From Azolla caroliniana (taxonomy: Eukaryota; Plantae; Polypodiophyta), in assembly GCA_043228905.1 (NCBI GenBank), contig JBHGNT010000008.1:14756001-14820000 (forward strand): 64,000 bases of DNA, written 5' to 3'. Below, piece after piece: positions 22,885 to 35,524 of this stretch. The notes beneath the pieces are model-generated. The model ran no database searches. It saw nothing but the letters and a program-made list of their open reading frames with translations, and was not told where the DNA came from. Within the stretch, counting starts at the first letter, position 1; each line of letters begins with the position of its first letter. Both the position numbers and the translations under genes were made by a program.

Positions 22885-25705
22885 GAGCACAACATCCGGC
22901 GTGCACGAGGTCACTCCGCACGAAAAATACTTCGGAAGGAAGCCGGATTTATTGCACATCCGGATATTCGGAGCGATAGCGTACGTGCACATCCCCGACG
23001 AGAAGCGTCAAAAGCTTGACCCGAAGTCGGAGAAATGTATCCTCGTAGGACACTCATTGGAGCAAAAGGGGTACAAGTGCTACAACCCCTCAACTCGAAA
23101 ATCTCGAGTAAGTCGAGACATCATTTTTGACGAGTCCACATCCTGGTATGCACCAGAGACAACTTCGCTTCCGCTCGACCCGGAATTTGCCGAACAAGAG
23201 ATCAAGGATGAAGATCGCCCTATGCGCATGATCGAAGAAAGTCCGATCACGACCCGAATGAGCAGACCACAAGAGCCTTTGAAAGATAAAAGCACATCAC
23301 GGCCTAGCCCGAAGATGGACAAAGGCAACGTGAAAATGTCGGAATACGAAGACGATCGCTTCAACGACGATGAGTCGACTCACTCACTCGACAGTGAGTT
23401 CGGCGGTTTCGAGGTACCAATCGGAGCCAAGAAAGCCCTCATCTCTGCAAATGAAAAGCTCCGCCGATCCACTTGTGAAAAGAACCTCGTAAGCCGATTC
23501 AGCTACAACGATTATATGGCGTACCATTACGCCTTTATGATGAAGGTGGTGACAGTACGGGAGCCGGAAACCTTTTCGGAAGCTGCGAAGGACCCGCGAT
23601 GGATCGAAGCAATGAATGAGGAGATGCAGGCACTACGGAAGAACGAGACGTGGGATCTCGTTCCCACCTCACCACACAAAAAGGCGATCGGATGCAGATG
23701 GATCTACAAGGTGAAGTATAACGCCGATGGCTCTGTAAACCGCTACAAAGCTCGACTCGTAGCGAAAGGATACGCTCAGACGCATGGCATCGACTACGAA
23801 GAGACCTTTGCCCTGGTGGCAAAGATGACGACGGTGTGGCCCGTAATTGCGATTGCCGTGGCGAAAGGGGGGCACTTCCATCAAATGGACGTAAGAACGG
23901 CTTTCTACAAGGCGAATTAGAAGAGGAGGTGTATATGATCCAACCACCCGGCTTCAACTCGAGCACCCATCCGAAAGTTGTATGCCGACTCAAGAAGCCA
24001 CTCTACGACCTCAAGCAAGCACCGCGTGCTTGGCATTCGAAGATAACGCAATATCTTCATCAAATCGGCTTCCGTATGTCAAAATCGGACAACTCCCTCT
24101 ACATACGAAGCGATTCCGCAAGTCCAATCGTCATCATCTTATATGTGGATGACCTAGTCTCTGGAGGTGAGCATCTTGTCGAAATCACTAAGGTCAAATC
24201 CCTCCTTTCCGACAAGTTCGAGATGACGGACATGAAGGAGCTCCACTACTCCCTCGACGTCGAGGTAATTCAGACTCCGGCCGGAATCATGATCCTCAAC
24301 TGCACTACATCCTCAACTTGTTATACAAGTTTGGGATGGCTGAGTGCAAATCCATGGCAACCCCGCTCGATCATAATCTCAAACTAGATGCGAACTCCGG
24401 CACCAAAGCGTGTGAGCCGACTCAGTATCAGCAACTCATCGGGAGTCTCATCTACCTCACGATCACACGACCCGATCTCAGTTATCCGGTCGGTCTCCTT
24501 AGCCAGTTCATGCAAACACCGCGTGATACTCACTTGGATTGCGCTAAGCGAGTTCTACGCTATGTGAGCGGCACAATGGATTGCGGCATCCTCTACAAGT
24601 CCGCGATGCAGATACGACTTGAGAGGTACACAGACGCCGATTGGGCCGGCTACAAAGCTGATAGAAGATCAACCTACGCATTTGTTTTCTCCCTCGGCAA
24701 CAGAGCAATATCCTGGAGTAGCAAGAAGCAGCCTACCGTCGCTCTTTCGAGTATGGAGTCGGAATACAGGGGCGCAGCCGTAGCTCCGTGTGAAGCTGTA
24801 TGGCTCAAGAGGATTTTGAAGGATCTGGGCGTACCCATCGAGGATCCGACTTCCCTTTACTGCGACAACATGAGCAGTATCTATCTGGCTCAGAACCCAG
24901 TTTTCAACGCGTGGACAAAGCACATCGAAGTGCACTATCACTTCATCCGAGAGTGCGTTCTGGCTGGCGATGTTGACCTACAACACATTAGCACAAATCT
25001 TCAAACGGCCGACATCTTCACTAAAACCATAGGAGCCGACAAGCTATGGCAATTCATGACCAATCTCGGATTGACGATCCCTGACCTGCCAAGCTTGAGG
25101 GGGAGTATTGAGGACACTACGCAATAACACGTGGATTCTGCAACCACGCAACGAAGCAGTGAAGAGCCGATCTACCGCGCAAAGCCGCGAAGAAAAACGC
25201 CTGCCGAAGCACAAACTTCACAACTATGCACGCAAGCCAAAGCATAGACTTCGTAACTACGCACAACGCAAGCTGGAGCACGGATTCCACAACTCCACAT
25301 AAAGCAAGTCGACGTGGAATCTGAAACATGAGTTGAAGTGGATTCCGGATACCGTCTGAAACCGACCCGACTTGAGCTTGAGGGGGCGTGTTGAGAATAA
25401 AGCTCAACTTGTTCTAGTGTGTGAACTCACCTTGAGAGTGAAGAGACACTCCAATGGTCAAGAGTCACCATTATGTCACCACTTTGTATTCTAGCATTTA
25501 GTATGAGTCATAGAATCATATTCTATGACACATAACTTATGAGCTTTCACATTCCCCATGCTCCATGAGTCTTGTAGTTAATGAAGAGGGAGGGTGACTA
25601 CATAAAGCACCCTCCTCCCACCTTGTATAATGTTGAGTCTTTCTCCTTTGTCAATATACTTTTACCTTGCGTATTCTCTGTGTTTCTCTCTCTCTCTCTC
25701 TCTCT
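22883..25705 (+). mobile_element. Copia 3' half (IN C-term, RT, RNase H), PPT and truncated 3' LTR (25389-25705)
   Basis: ORFs 22901-23920 (KARLVAKG), 23836-24387 (LYVDD) and 24318-25127 (YTDADW, KHIEVHYHF); PPT GAGGGGGCG before TGTTGAG at 25389. Confidence 0.9.
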
Positions 25706-27021
25706 TGTTTGTCTAGTATAGTCAAGACCGGCCTAAGCGCCATTGTTGTAAATCTATTAAGGCTTTGAGCCTTATATAAAGAAATTGTTTTTGTAAATAT
25801 ACTATGGTGTCTAGATCTCGACTCCTATTGTTCTCGTTGTGTTGGATGTCAAGTCATCCATTTTTGTGTTTGGAAGTATTCACGTCGAATTCCTAGAGTC
25901 GTTAGGCCCTCGGTGTTTTGTGTTTGTATGGGAACTATCGGTCGTGAACCCACACGGTAAAGGGGCCAAGACCGGACTCGACAGTGTAAGATCCTTCATT
26001 TTCGCTTCTTTTACTCCCTATTTCAAGACCCCAGTGGTCCTGCCCGGATCCGACACACACACGCGGATTTCCGTGACAACGACATCACCAATTTTGGAAG
26101 ATTTCCAAACCTTTATCACTGAGTTTGACGCTACTTTCGGGGAGACGGACCAACGATGAGCTACACTCACTAAGATCTATTCCCTACAGCAAAGTAATTG
26201 CGCAACCTCCACCTATGCCTCCGAATTCTATCAACTTGCCTACAATGTGGGGTGGGTTGATCAAGCCCTATGTGATCAATTCCGTAGGGGATTGAGAGGT
26301 AAGGTAAAAAATTTATTACTAAATTTTCTAGAGCTGACGTCGCTAAACAAAGTGATAACAGATGTAGTACGATGTGATAACCGCCTCCTCGAGCTCCGTT
26401 GCCGAGGTAGTTGTGGTTCCTGTGGCGAAGTCGCATAGCCTAAGGTTAAAGGGAGTTGGCAAAATTTTAATAAGTCTTGTGCAACGATGTTAAAAAGATT
26501 TAAGGATAGGAAGAAGAAGAGTTAAAAGTTATATGTGAGAGAGAGACAATCACAAATAAGAGATAGAGACAATGTATGATTTAAGAAGCGAAAATGTATT
26601 ATAAGGACAAGCTTTATATTAACAATATAAGGTTTTAGCAAAAGTAAAGCGACATGCGACTTTTCTTTTGCTATCTAGACTCTAGACTTGAACCTTTCAA
26701 TCCAACTTCGAAACACAAGACTCTTCACAAATAAGCTAACTTGTCTAATTGACTATTTCATTTTCTAATTTTTTCTTGATTGATTCCCCGATTTTCCTTT
26801 ATTAATCCCTTCATTCCTTTCTATTCCTTCTCCCTCTTTATATAGTTTTTCTCATGCAAATGATAATGTGTGGGTGCATAGCATGCACGGCATGCAAGAA
26901 ATGCATGTGATGCATGATCGTCATTTGCCGCACATGCATTACATGTGATGCATGATAGCCATCATGCTCATCTAAACTCCCATGTATGAAAGTAAATATG
27001 TCATAGGTATGATAATGAAAA

Positions 27022-27313
27022 TGTTGAGAATCAAGCTCAACTTGGTCTAGTGTGTGAACTCACCTTGAGAGTGAAGAGACACTCCAACGGTCAAGAGTCA
27101 CCATTATGTCACCACTTTGTATTCTAGCATTTAGTATGAGTCATAGAATCATATTCTATGACACATAACTTATGAGCTTTCACATTCCCCATCCTCCATG
27201 AGTCTTGTAGTTAATGAAGAGAGAGGGTGACTACATAAAGCACCCTCCTCCCACCTTGTATAATGTTGAGTCTTTCTCCTTTGTCAATATACTTTTACCT
27301 TGCGTATTCTCTG

Positions 27314-27350
<37 letters not shown>

Positions 27351-27408
27351 CACACACATAACTCACATCTCTTCCGCTTCACAAGAATCCATCTCTTGAT
27401 TCTTTACA
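27022..27408 (+). mobile_element. Copia solo LTR
   Basis: TGTTGAG...TTTACA with perfect TSD GAAAA; about 5 differences from 25389-25705. Confidence 0.95.
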
Positions 27409-27433
27409 GAAAATACAACTATAAAAAATAACT

Positions 27434-27491
27434 TATCCTAATGGTATATATTTCAGACTTAGTGTATAAGGCTATGGGTTTAAGTCTCATA
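27434..27491 (+). ncRNA. tRNA-like Pol III module inside Gypsy LTR, antisense
   Basis: A-box-like TATCCTAATGG at 27434, GGTTTAAGTC at 27477 (43 nt later), T-arm ATGGG-TTTAAGT-CTCAT. Confidence 0.55.
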
Positions 27492-28013
27492 AATGTTACT
27501 CAATACAATATTCAAGTTTATTTTTATATCGTGAAGCAAATCCTTCATGACACCATTAGAGGAGCGTATGACCTGGCAATAAGGCCTGGGCCATCTTCTT
27601 TCTGGTCTTTTTCCTCTCAATCTCCAACCCCGCCATATGTCCCTAACTATGTCCCAACCAGTGATTCACCAATGCCGATGGAGGTGGATAAAACAGACAT
27701 CTTGTTGCGTCTTGCCCGGTGAAAGGTAGTCGCATACCAAGAAGCGAGACCAAGAAGCGAGAGGGCCCATGTGCAGTAAGACATATGCAGCTAGGCTCCA
27801 TTAGTCAGATGATCAACTCTACTCATGAGGCACCATCTCGAAATGGTTTTACGGTATTGGTAAGCTTGCAGATAGGGACTTGGGAGATATACACCATTGT
27901 CCTACTTGATTCTGGAGCCACACCATGTTTTATGGATGTGCTCTTTGGCCATACACACTCCATCCCTAAGGTCGTCAAAACAAAGCCTATTCCAGTCAAG
28001 GTTATTGACAGAC

Positions 28014-28080
28014 TATAGAAGAAAGGACTCCACTAGAGCTCATTATGGGATCTCATCGGGAAACTATCGTGAGTCGTGAG

Positions 28081-28121
<41 letters not shown>

Positions 28122-31100
28122 GGAAATGAGATTATATTGTGAAATGCACATAAGAGATCAAAACCAGTCTCGTTAGCTTCTTACTTCTTACTCAATTTAT
28201 AGTTTATACAAAGGTACCCATTTGGGTTGGCTTAGCTCAAACGGGTATGCTAAAAGGGTGGGTCGGCTTAGGTACATGCATCCTAAAAAGGGTGTGCTAA
28301 AAGAGTGGCACAAAGTCATACATGCACACCACATTTCCCCCGTGAGAGAAACAAGGAGGTTTACAACATGGGGAAAGGATTATTGGGGACAAGGTTGTCA
28401 ATACGGAAGTGCAAGCAACATTCGTGATAAAGAAGAACCTGTGTATGAGAAGAACAAGATACATAGAGAGAGAGAGACAGAGACAGATAGGCACAAACAA
28501 GAATGTTATATTCTAATAGCAACAGTTACAAAGAATGACAACCAACCTTTTCTAAAGGTTACAAAGTCACTTTATATAGTGACTGTCCTAGGGCAACTGC
28601 CCTTTATGCTATTTATAGAAATAGCCCAAACTTGGGTTGTCCAAAGGGACAGTGTGAATACGGCCATTATACACTCGTATTCCAGACTCCCCCGTAATGG
28701 GCATATACATGGGTTATCTAAAGAATTATAGGTATATACAAGATTGTCGGACATATCGGTTTTGTTCGAGTCGGCAAGATCCGAAGACTGAAGACTGAAC
28801 CGGTCAGGTCGGAAGAGCTGAAGCCGATCCTCAAAGAATAGATGTTGGTGGTCCGAAACCATCCTGTGTTGTGTGTCCAGCTTTAACCAGACCAACTTTT
28901 TGTTACGCCCATTTGGTGCTGAAGGAACCGGAAACGATTTGCCGAAAGACACTTGGTCAATCCATCTAGGACATTATCGGTTGTGGATATTTTCTCGAGA
29001 CCGATTTTCCCTCAAATGACGCAGTCTCGAACGAAGTGATATCGAACGTCGATATGCTTGGAGGCGTTGTGGTGAACCAGATTCTTTGACAAAGCAACAT
29101 CACCCTAACTGTCGCTATAGACAACTGGAGCTGAGTCAAGGTCGACTTGTCGAAACCTATGCGCCAGCCGACCGAGCCATAAAGCTTCTCTTGCTGCGTC
29201 GGAAGCAGCTACATATTCCGCTTTGGTCGTTGAGGTGGTTGTGCACTCCTGAAGTTTCGACTTCCACGAGATTGCTCCATTGCCGAATTTGAACAATATT
29301 TGGTTGTTGATTTCCGACTGTCCACGCAACCGGCGAAGTCTGAGTCGGTGTAACCGACTACCTTTGAGGTTGAGTTCGGGCCGAAAATAATGTTGTGGTC
29401 TTTTGTGCCAGCTAGATATCTGAACACATGCTTGACTGCGTTCCAGTGCGATCGGCCTAGGTTGTGCATGAATCTGCTGACGACTCCTACGGCGTGAGAA
29501 GTATCAGGCCGTGTCACGACCATCGCGTACAAAAAGGGAGCCGACTGTCGGTGCATACGGTATCGACTTCATATCTTCCCCCTCCGGACCGGATGTTGGG
29601 CAGTCTCACTGAGACAGCCGAAGGTTAATGGGGAGTGGGGTCAAGGCAGACTTGGCCGAGTGCATGTTGAAGCGCTCCAAGACACGTCCAATGTAGTCAG
29701 TTTGAGACAAGAAAAGTTGTCGTTTATTGCGATGCCGACTAATCTTCATACCAAGTATGTGTCTTGCCAGACCGAGGTCCTTCAAGGCAAACTTCAACCG
29801 TAGTTTCCGAATGAGTTCGGTGAGCTCTCTAGCATGCCGACCGGAGAGTAGCATGTCATCCACGTAGATGATGAGGAAGACGGGAGACCTGTCTTGAGCT
29901 ATTTTGGATAAGAGACAGTGGTCCTCATCGCTCTTTGAGGAGCTGACCGATTGGATGAAGTCGTCGAACTTCTTGTACCACTGTCGGGGTGCCTGTTTCA
30001 GGCCGTAGAGACTCTTCCTAAGTCGGTAGACTAGATGTTCTTGGCCGGATGCCACAAAGCCTTTCGGCTGCTCCATATAGATTTCCTCCTATAGGTTACC
30101 GTGGAGGAATGTTGTTTTTACATCTAGCTGAATCAGCTCCAAGTTGTCGGCAGCCACGACACCGAGCATGAAACAAAGAGTCCTCATTTTCACCATTGGT
30201 GAAAAGATTTCGTCAAAGTGGACGTCATGTTCTTGTCTAAATCCCTTCGCAACTAATCTGGCCTTGTATTTTAGGTTGGTCAAGTCGGACATCTCTTTTT
30301 ATCGATAGACCCACTTACATGGAAGAGCACGTTGATTCTTCGGTAATTCGACCAAGTCCCAAGTCTTGTTTGCACGAATGGAGTGCATTTCCGACTCCAT
30401 CGCCAGATGCCATGTGGCTGAATCGGAAGATGTTGATGCTTCTTCGTAAGACGTCAGTTCGCCGGTGTCAGTAAAGAAAATTCCGGGAGAGTACCTCTCC
30501 GGAGGTTGCGACAGTCTCTCGGATTTGCAAGGTATGACTGGACTAGTCGCACCGGGTGTCGATGTCGGATGGTCGGGAGACGAGCCATTCGGCTGTGCCG
30601 AATCGGTGGATTCGTTGCGAGAGTTGTCAGTTACCCGTGAAACTGATCTTGTGTTGTGGGCTGGGCTTTAATGAAGGCTTGGCACTTCAGAAAATATTGA
30701 ACTTCAAACTTCAATAGGCCTTTCAGCCGTTTTATGCATAGCCGACTCATTGAACACGATGTTCGAACTTCGGACAATTTGTCTGTGCTCAGGGTCCCAG
30801 AGTCGGTATCCGATCTCGTCGTCGGGTCCATATCCAAGGAAAACACATTTCCTTGATCTTGGTTCAAGTTTCCTGTGGTCGTCTTTCGGTATGAGGGCAT
30901 ACGCCTCGCAACCGAAGATTCTCAGCTTGTCATAATTCGGCTTACTGCCGATCCATGTTTCCTGAGGTATTTTAAGTCCTAGAGGTCTACTTGGAGACAT
31001 ATTTATCATGTGTATTGCCGTAAGTAGAGCCAACGCCCAGAAGCTATCTGACAGTCCGGAGTGTTGGAGCATGGATACTATGCGTTCTTGAATCATTTGA

Positions 31101-32019
31101 TTCATGCGTTCTGCAATTCCGTTCTGCTCCGGACTATTAGGTGCCGTATATTCACGTCGAATGCAGCGTTCCTGACAAAATTTGACGAATTCTTCAGACT
31201 TGAATTCTCCTCCATTGTCGGTTCGGAGACATTTCAGTTTCCGACCGGTCTGATTTTCGACCATTGCAAGCCATTCAAAGAAGATCGAGAACACCCGATC
31301 TTTGGTTCTAATGGGGTAAGCCCACACCTTCCGAGTCGAGTCGTCAATAAAACTGACGAAGTACGAAGCACCGCCGAGAGACTGATGTGGCATTGGGTCA
31401 CATACATCCGAGTGGACCAAATTCAGGGGGCTCAATTCTCTTGGTGCCGATGTCGGGTGTGTTGAGGCTACCTGTTTGCCGTACTGGCAATGCTCGCAGA
31501 ATTGGTGATCCGAGAAGAAGAGTTTGGGGATGTAACCGGCTGTGGATAGGTGCGTTATGCCGGCCTTGCTGAGGTGTCCAAATCGTCCGTGCCATAACGA
31601 TGACACGGGGATATCAACCAAAAATAAGTCACCCTCTTTGAGTGTGACATATAAAGGGTACAAAGAATGTACCTTTGGTCCTCGGGCAAGCAGGAGGTTC
31701 CCTTTGTGGAGTGTCCACCCTCCTGATGAGAATCCAGCACGGATGCCTGCTTCGTCAAGCTGTCCAACTGAGATCAAGGGTCTTGAGAGCTCAGGAACGT
31801 GTCAGACGTTGTGTAGTACGAGTGCAGAGCCACCCAGAAGATTGAGCTCTATGGTGCCGATTCCGATTATAGCACAGTGTTGCGAGTTTCCGACTCGAAC
31901 TGAGTCGGAGTGCCGGTCCGAGTATTGCCGAAATTGATATTGGTGAGGTGTCACATGATACGATGCGCCCGAGTCCAGGAGCCATGTGCTCGATTCCTCA
32001 GTCATAAGCAGAAGTTCTG
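28014..32019 (-). mobile_element. Gag-less Copia family C element with 3' LTR at about 28014-28333
   Basis: PR WLLDSGAS (31802-32005), IN 30704-31777, RT 29606-30292 (IYVDD), RNase H 28980-29556, PPT CGGGGGAAA before TGTGG. Confidence 0.85.
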
Positions 32020-35000
32020 ATTCGACTTTGCTTCCTTTTTCTTCTTATCTCCCCCTGTCTTGGTGACAGGAACACACGCTCCCGATGAACAATGCTCGGC
32101 CACAACCGAGCCTAGGATCCAACACAGAAAATGGGTAATGAATGCACGACACAATGAAGAGAAGAGTACACAGGATGTTAACGTGGAAAACCCAAACTAG
32201 GGAAAAACCACGGTAGCCCACAGACTACAAACTATCACTATATCAGAATATACAATAGTGAAGCACCGAAGCAACGACCTCGAGCTTGCTATCTTCGCCA
32301 CAGGCGGCGGTTACAACAGAGGCAACGACCTCTTCTTCTCTCTCACTCTCTCTGTACACAGTTACGCACTCTAATCTTGCACCAACAAGAATGACAACAA
32401 CTCAACAAACCGGTTTGCCCTAAGTCATATTTATACTAATATGACTTTTCGATTATTTACAAATATAGCCCCGATGGACTCTTAGAAACATATTTACGAA
32501 TATGTCCCTTCATCCGGTGAGCACTCCTCACCGGGCCTGCATCATCCGGCTCTTGCCGAGTACTCGTCATCCGGTTCTCACCGGGTCTTCTGTTGTCAGG
32601 TACTCGTCATCCGGTTCTTTTCACTTCCCATCCGGAGGGACCTATTTCCTAACAAACTCCCCCTTCACTCCGGCATGGGATATCTTACTAGTCTGATCCA
32701 CTTCCGACATGCATCCAAATTGTCAGGTATCAGTACTTTGGTCAGCATATCTGACCCGTTCTCGGCCGTATGGATCTTCATCAGCGCGAACTCTCGATCT
32801 TCTACTCGCTCCCGGATCCAGTGATACCTACGCTGGATGTGCTTTGTCCTGGAGTGGTACGTTGCGTTCTTAGCAAGGTGGATGGCACTTTTACTGTCGC
32901 AATAGAGCCAATATTCATCTTGCCGGATACTGAGCTCTCCGATGAAGTCCTTCATCCATAATATTTCCTTGTTGGCTTCCACAGCCGCCATGTACTCCGC
33001 TTCCGTGGTTAACAACGCAATTATCTTCTGCAGCCTCGATTGCCACGAAACAACTCCCCCTACATATGTCATTACATACCCGGACATCAGCCGACATGTC
33101 CGAATCGGTAAAACCATCAAGTTGAGGTTTGTCGGGGCCGAATCGGAGACACATGTTCGAAATGCCCTTCAAGTACCGGAGTATCCATTTGGCCGTGTTC
33201 CAGTGCTCCTTGCCGGGATTGCTCATAAACCGGCTCACCACTCCGACTGCGTATCCTATATCCAGTCGGGTACACACCATTGTGTACATTAAGCTCCCGA
33301 CGGCAGAGGCATATGGAACCTTCATCATATCAGCCTTCTCTACTTTCGTCTTCGGGCTTTACTTACCGGATAATCTGCAGTTTCCCGGGAGTGTCGATCC
33401 AACTGGTTTCGCTTCTAACATGTTGAACCGCTGAAGCACCTTTGTCACGTATTTCTCGTGTGACAACCATAGTTGCTTCGTTGGCCGGTTTCGGATGATA
33501 TGCATCCCCAGCATCTGTCTTGCCGGACCCAAGTCTTTCATCGCAAAAGTTCGGTTGAGAGCCTTCTTCAGCATCCGTATTCTGGCTTGATTCCATCCGA
33601 CGATCAACATGTCGTCCACGTACAGAAGGAGTATCAGGAAGTCGCCTCCTTCGAACTTCTTCACAAACACGCAGTGATCGGCCTGCGTCTTGTGGTACCC
33701 TTGATCGGTCATGGAGTCGAACTTCCGGTACCATTGTCGAGGAGCCTGCTTCAGTCTGTAAAGGCTCTTCTTCAACCGGCAAAGCAGATGCTCCTTCCCT
33801 TTCTCCAGAATCCTTCCGGTTGTTGCATGTAGATCTCCTCTTCGAGGTCACCGTGAAGGAATGCCGTCTTCACGTTCAGCTGCTCTACCTCGAGGTCCAT
33901 GCTTGCTGCTATACTCAGCACCGTCCGGATGGAGGTCATCTTTACTACCGGGGCAAATATCTCATCGAAGTCCACACCCTTCTTCTGTTGGAACCCCTTC
34001 ACCACGATCCTGGCTTTGTATCCCGGGGGGTTGCCGGCATCTCCCGGTTTCAACTTGTACACCCACTTGTTTCGGAGTGCCCGCTTTCCTTTCGGCAACT
34101 CCACCAATTCGTATGTATGGTTCTCATGCAGGGAATCCATCTCATCTTGCATGGCACTTAACCATTTGCGGTCGTGGGTGTCATCCTTCGCTTCTTCGAA
34201 GCTTTCCGGCTCTCCCTCATCGGTCAGCAGCACATGCTCTACATCCGGAAATATCCGGGGGGCCCTTCTCTCTCTGAGAGGATATCTCCATCTTTGGCCT
34301 TCGGCAACCGGCTCCACTGTTTGTTCTTCATCCGAATCTGATTCGGGGTCTTCGCCGGTTCCGGTTTCAGCTTCCTCTACCTCTTCTTCTGCCGGTTCGG
34401 TATCCTCACCGTAACCGACTGGTTCCTCGAGTGCTAACCGGTCTCTTGCCGGTTGGGTCTACTCATCGTAGAATCGATCCTTACCGGTCGACTCGGAGTT
34501 CATTATCTTCTTCTCCGACTCCCAGTCGGCGAGCGTCTTATCCTCCATGAAGATAATATCGCGACTCTAGAACACCTTCTTGTCGACCAGGTCTCACACT
34601 CGGTAGCCGAACTCATCATCGCCGTAACCGAGGAATATGCATGGTTGGGTCTTCGGATCTAGTTTTCTTCTCCGGTCCTTAGCTATATGCACATACGCAA
34701 GACACCCGAATACCTTCAGATGCCGGTAGGACACTTCCTTACCGGTCCAGACTCTCTATGTCGTGTCTCCGTCCAAAGGTACTGAGTGTCATATGTTTAT
34801 CACATATGTCACCATCGACAGTGCCTCAACCCAAAACTTCTTGGGTAGTTTTGCATGCGCTAGCATACTCCGGACCCTCTCCATTATGGTTCGGTTCATC
34901 CTCTCGGCCAGCCCGTTTAGTTTCGGCGTCTTCGGCACGGTAAATTCAAGCCGGATTCCCTTCAAGCAACAATACTCCTCAAACTGCCCCCGGTATTTGT

Positions 35001-35311
35001 TAATAAAACGTGAAGAAGGCACTCGAGCTCTTCTTATGTGCGCGGCGGATCGTGGTGTGCTAGATCGTTTAGTGCTCAAACACAGAAGGGAAGGGGGAAG
35101 GAGACTTACCTCTGTAGCAGCCAAAACTTCTTCTATTTCATTATACGCAGAGCTCTACTTGCTCTCTTTTTTGTTTCTCTCTCTTGCTCTCACTCTCTGA
35201 GTTCTTTCTCTCTATGCTCACTATCTCTCTCTTAGAGTTCTACTTCCTGTATATCTTCATCTATATTCTTACTCTCTTACTTTCTACCTAAGTAATAAGT
35301 TACTTACGTAT

Positions 35312-35416
35312 GCAGCTAATTAGCTGCCTGTAGCTAATTAGCTGTCAGTCACTAAATAGCTGTCAGTAGCTAATTAGCTGTCAGTCGCTAAATAGTTGTC
35401 AGTAGCTAATTAGCTG
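35312..35416. repeat. 18-bp tandem repeats with palindrome CAGCTAATTAGCTG in LTR U3 (also 40328-40432; variant 10845-10915)
   Basis: Repeated (T/C)AGCTAATTAGCTG and CTAAATAGCTG units. Confidence 0.9.
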
Positions 35417-35524
35417 TTTCTCCTTTATGTTCACAAGTAGCTAAATAACTACTATAGCTTATTTCCCAATAAGCATCGCATACCATGTTGAGCTTGCTCC
35501 TCAACACTCCCCCTCAAGCTCAAC

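Larger units (their letters stand above)
26400..27552 (-). mobile_element. Solo Gypsy LTR (same type as 47-599), interrupted by a Copia solo LTR
   Basis: Minus strand starts TGTCATGAAGGATTTGCTT; shares the CATGCA block; possible 4-bp TSD CCGT/CCAT; left boundary less certain. Confidence 0.7.
25706..28013 (+). mobile_element. Remnant of a chromovirus-like (Tcn1/Ty3-type) Gypsy: partial LTR, gag, protease
   Basis: Gag motifs FDATFGETD and DQALCDQFRRGL (26100-26399), PMEVD near 27670, protease VLLDSGA (27719-28018); interrupted by 26400-27552. Lineage call is motif-based inference. Confidence 0.7.

Noticed and set aside
25960-26000. Possible self-priming (Tf1-like) site after a putative LTR end at 25983
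   Set aside because: The LTR boundary and transcript start cannot be fixed from a single truncated copy.
28232-28285. A-box-like TAGCTCAAACGG in the Copia C LTR
   Set aside because: No B box at the expected distance.
28222-28952. ORFs of 169 and 126 aa between RNase H and the LTR
   Set aside because: No recognisable motifs; they overlap LTR and 3' UTR microsatellite sequence.
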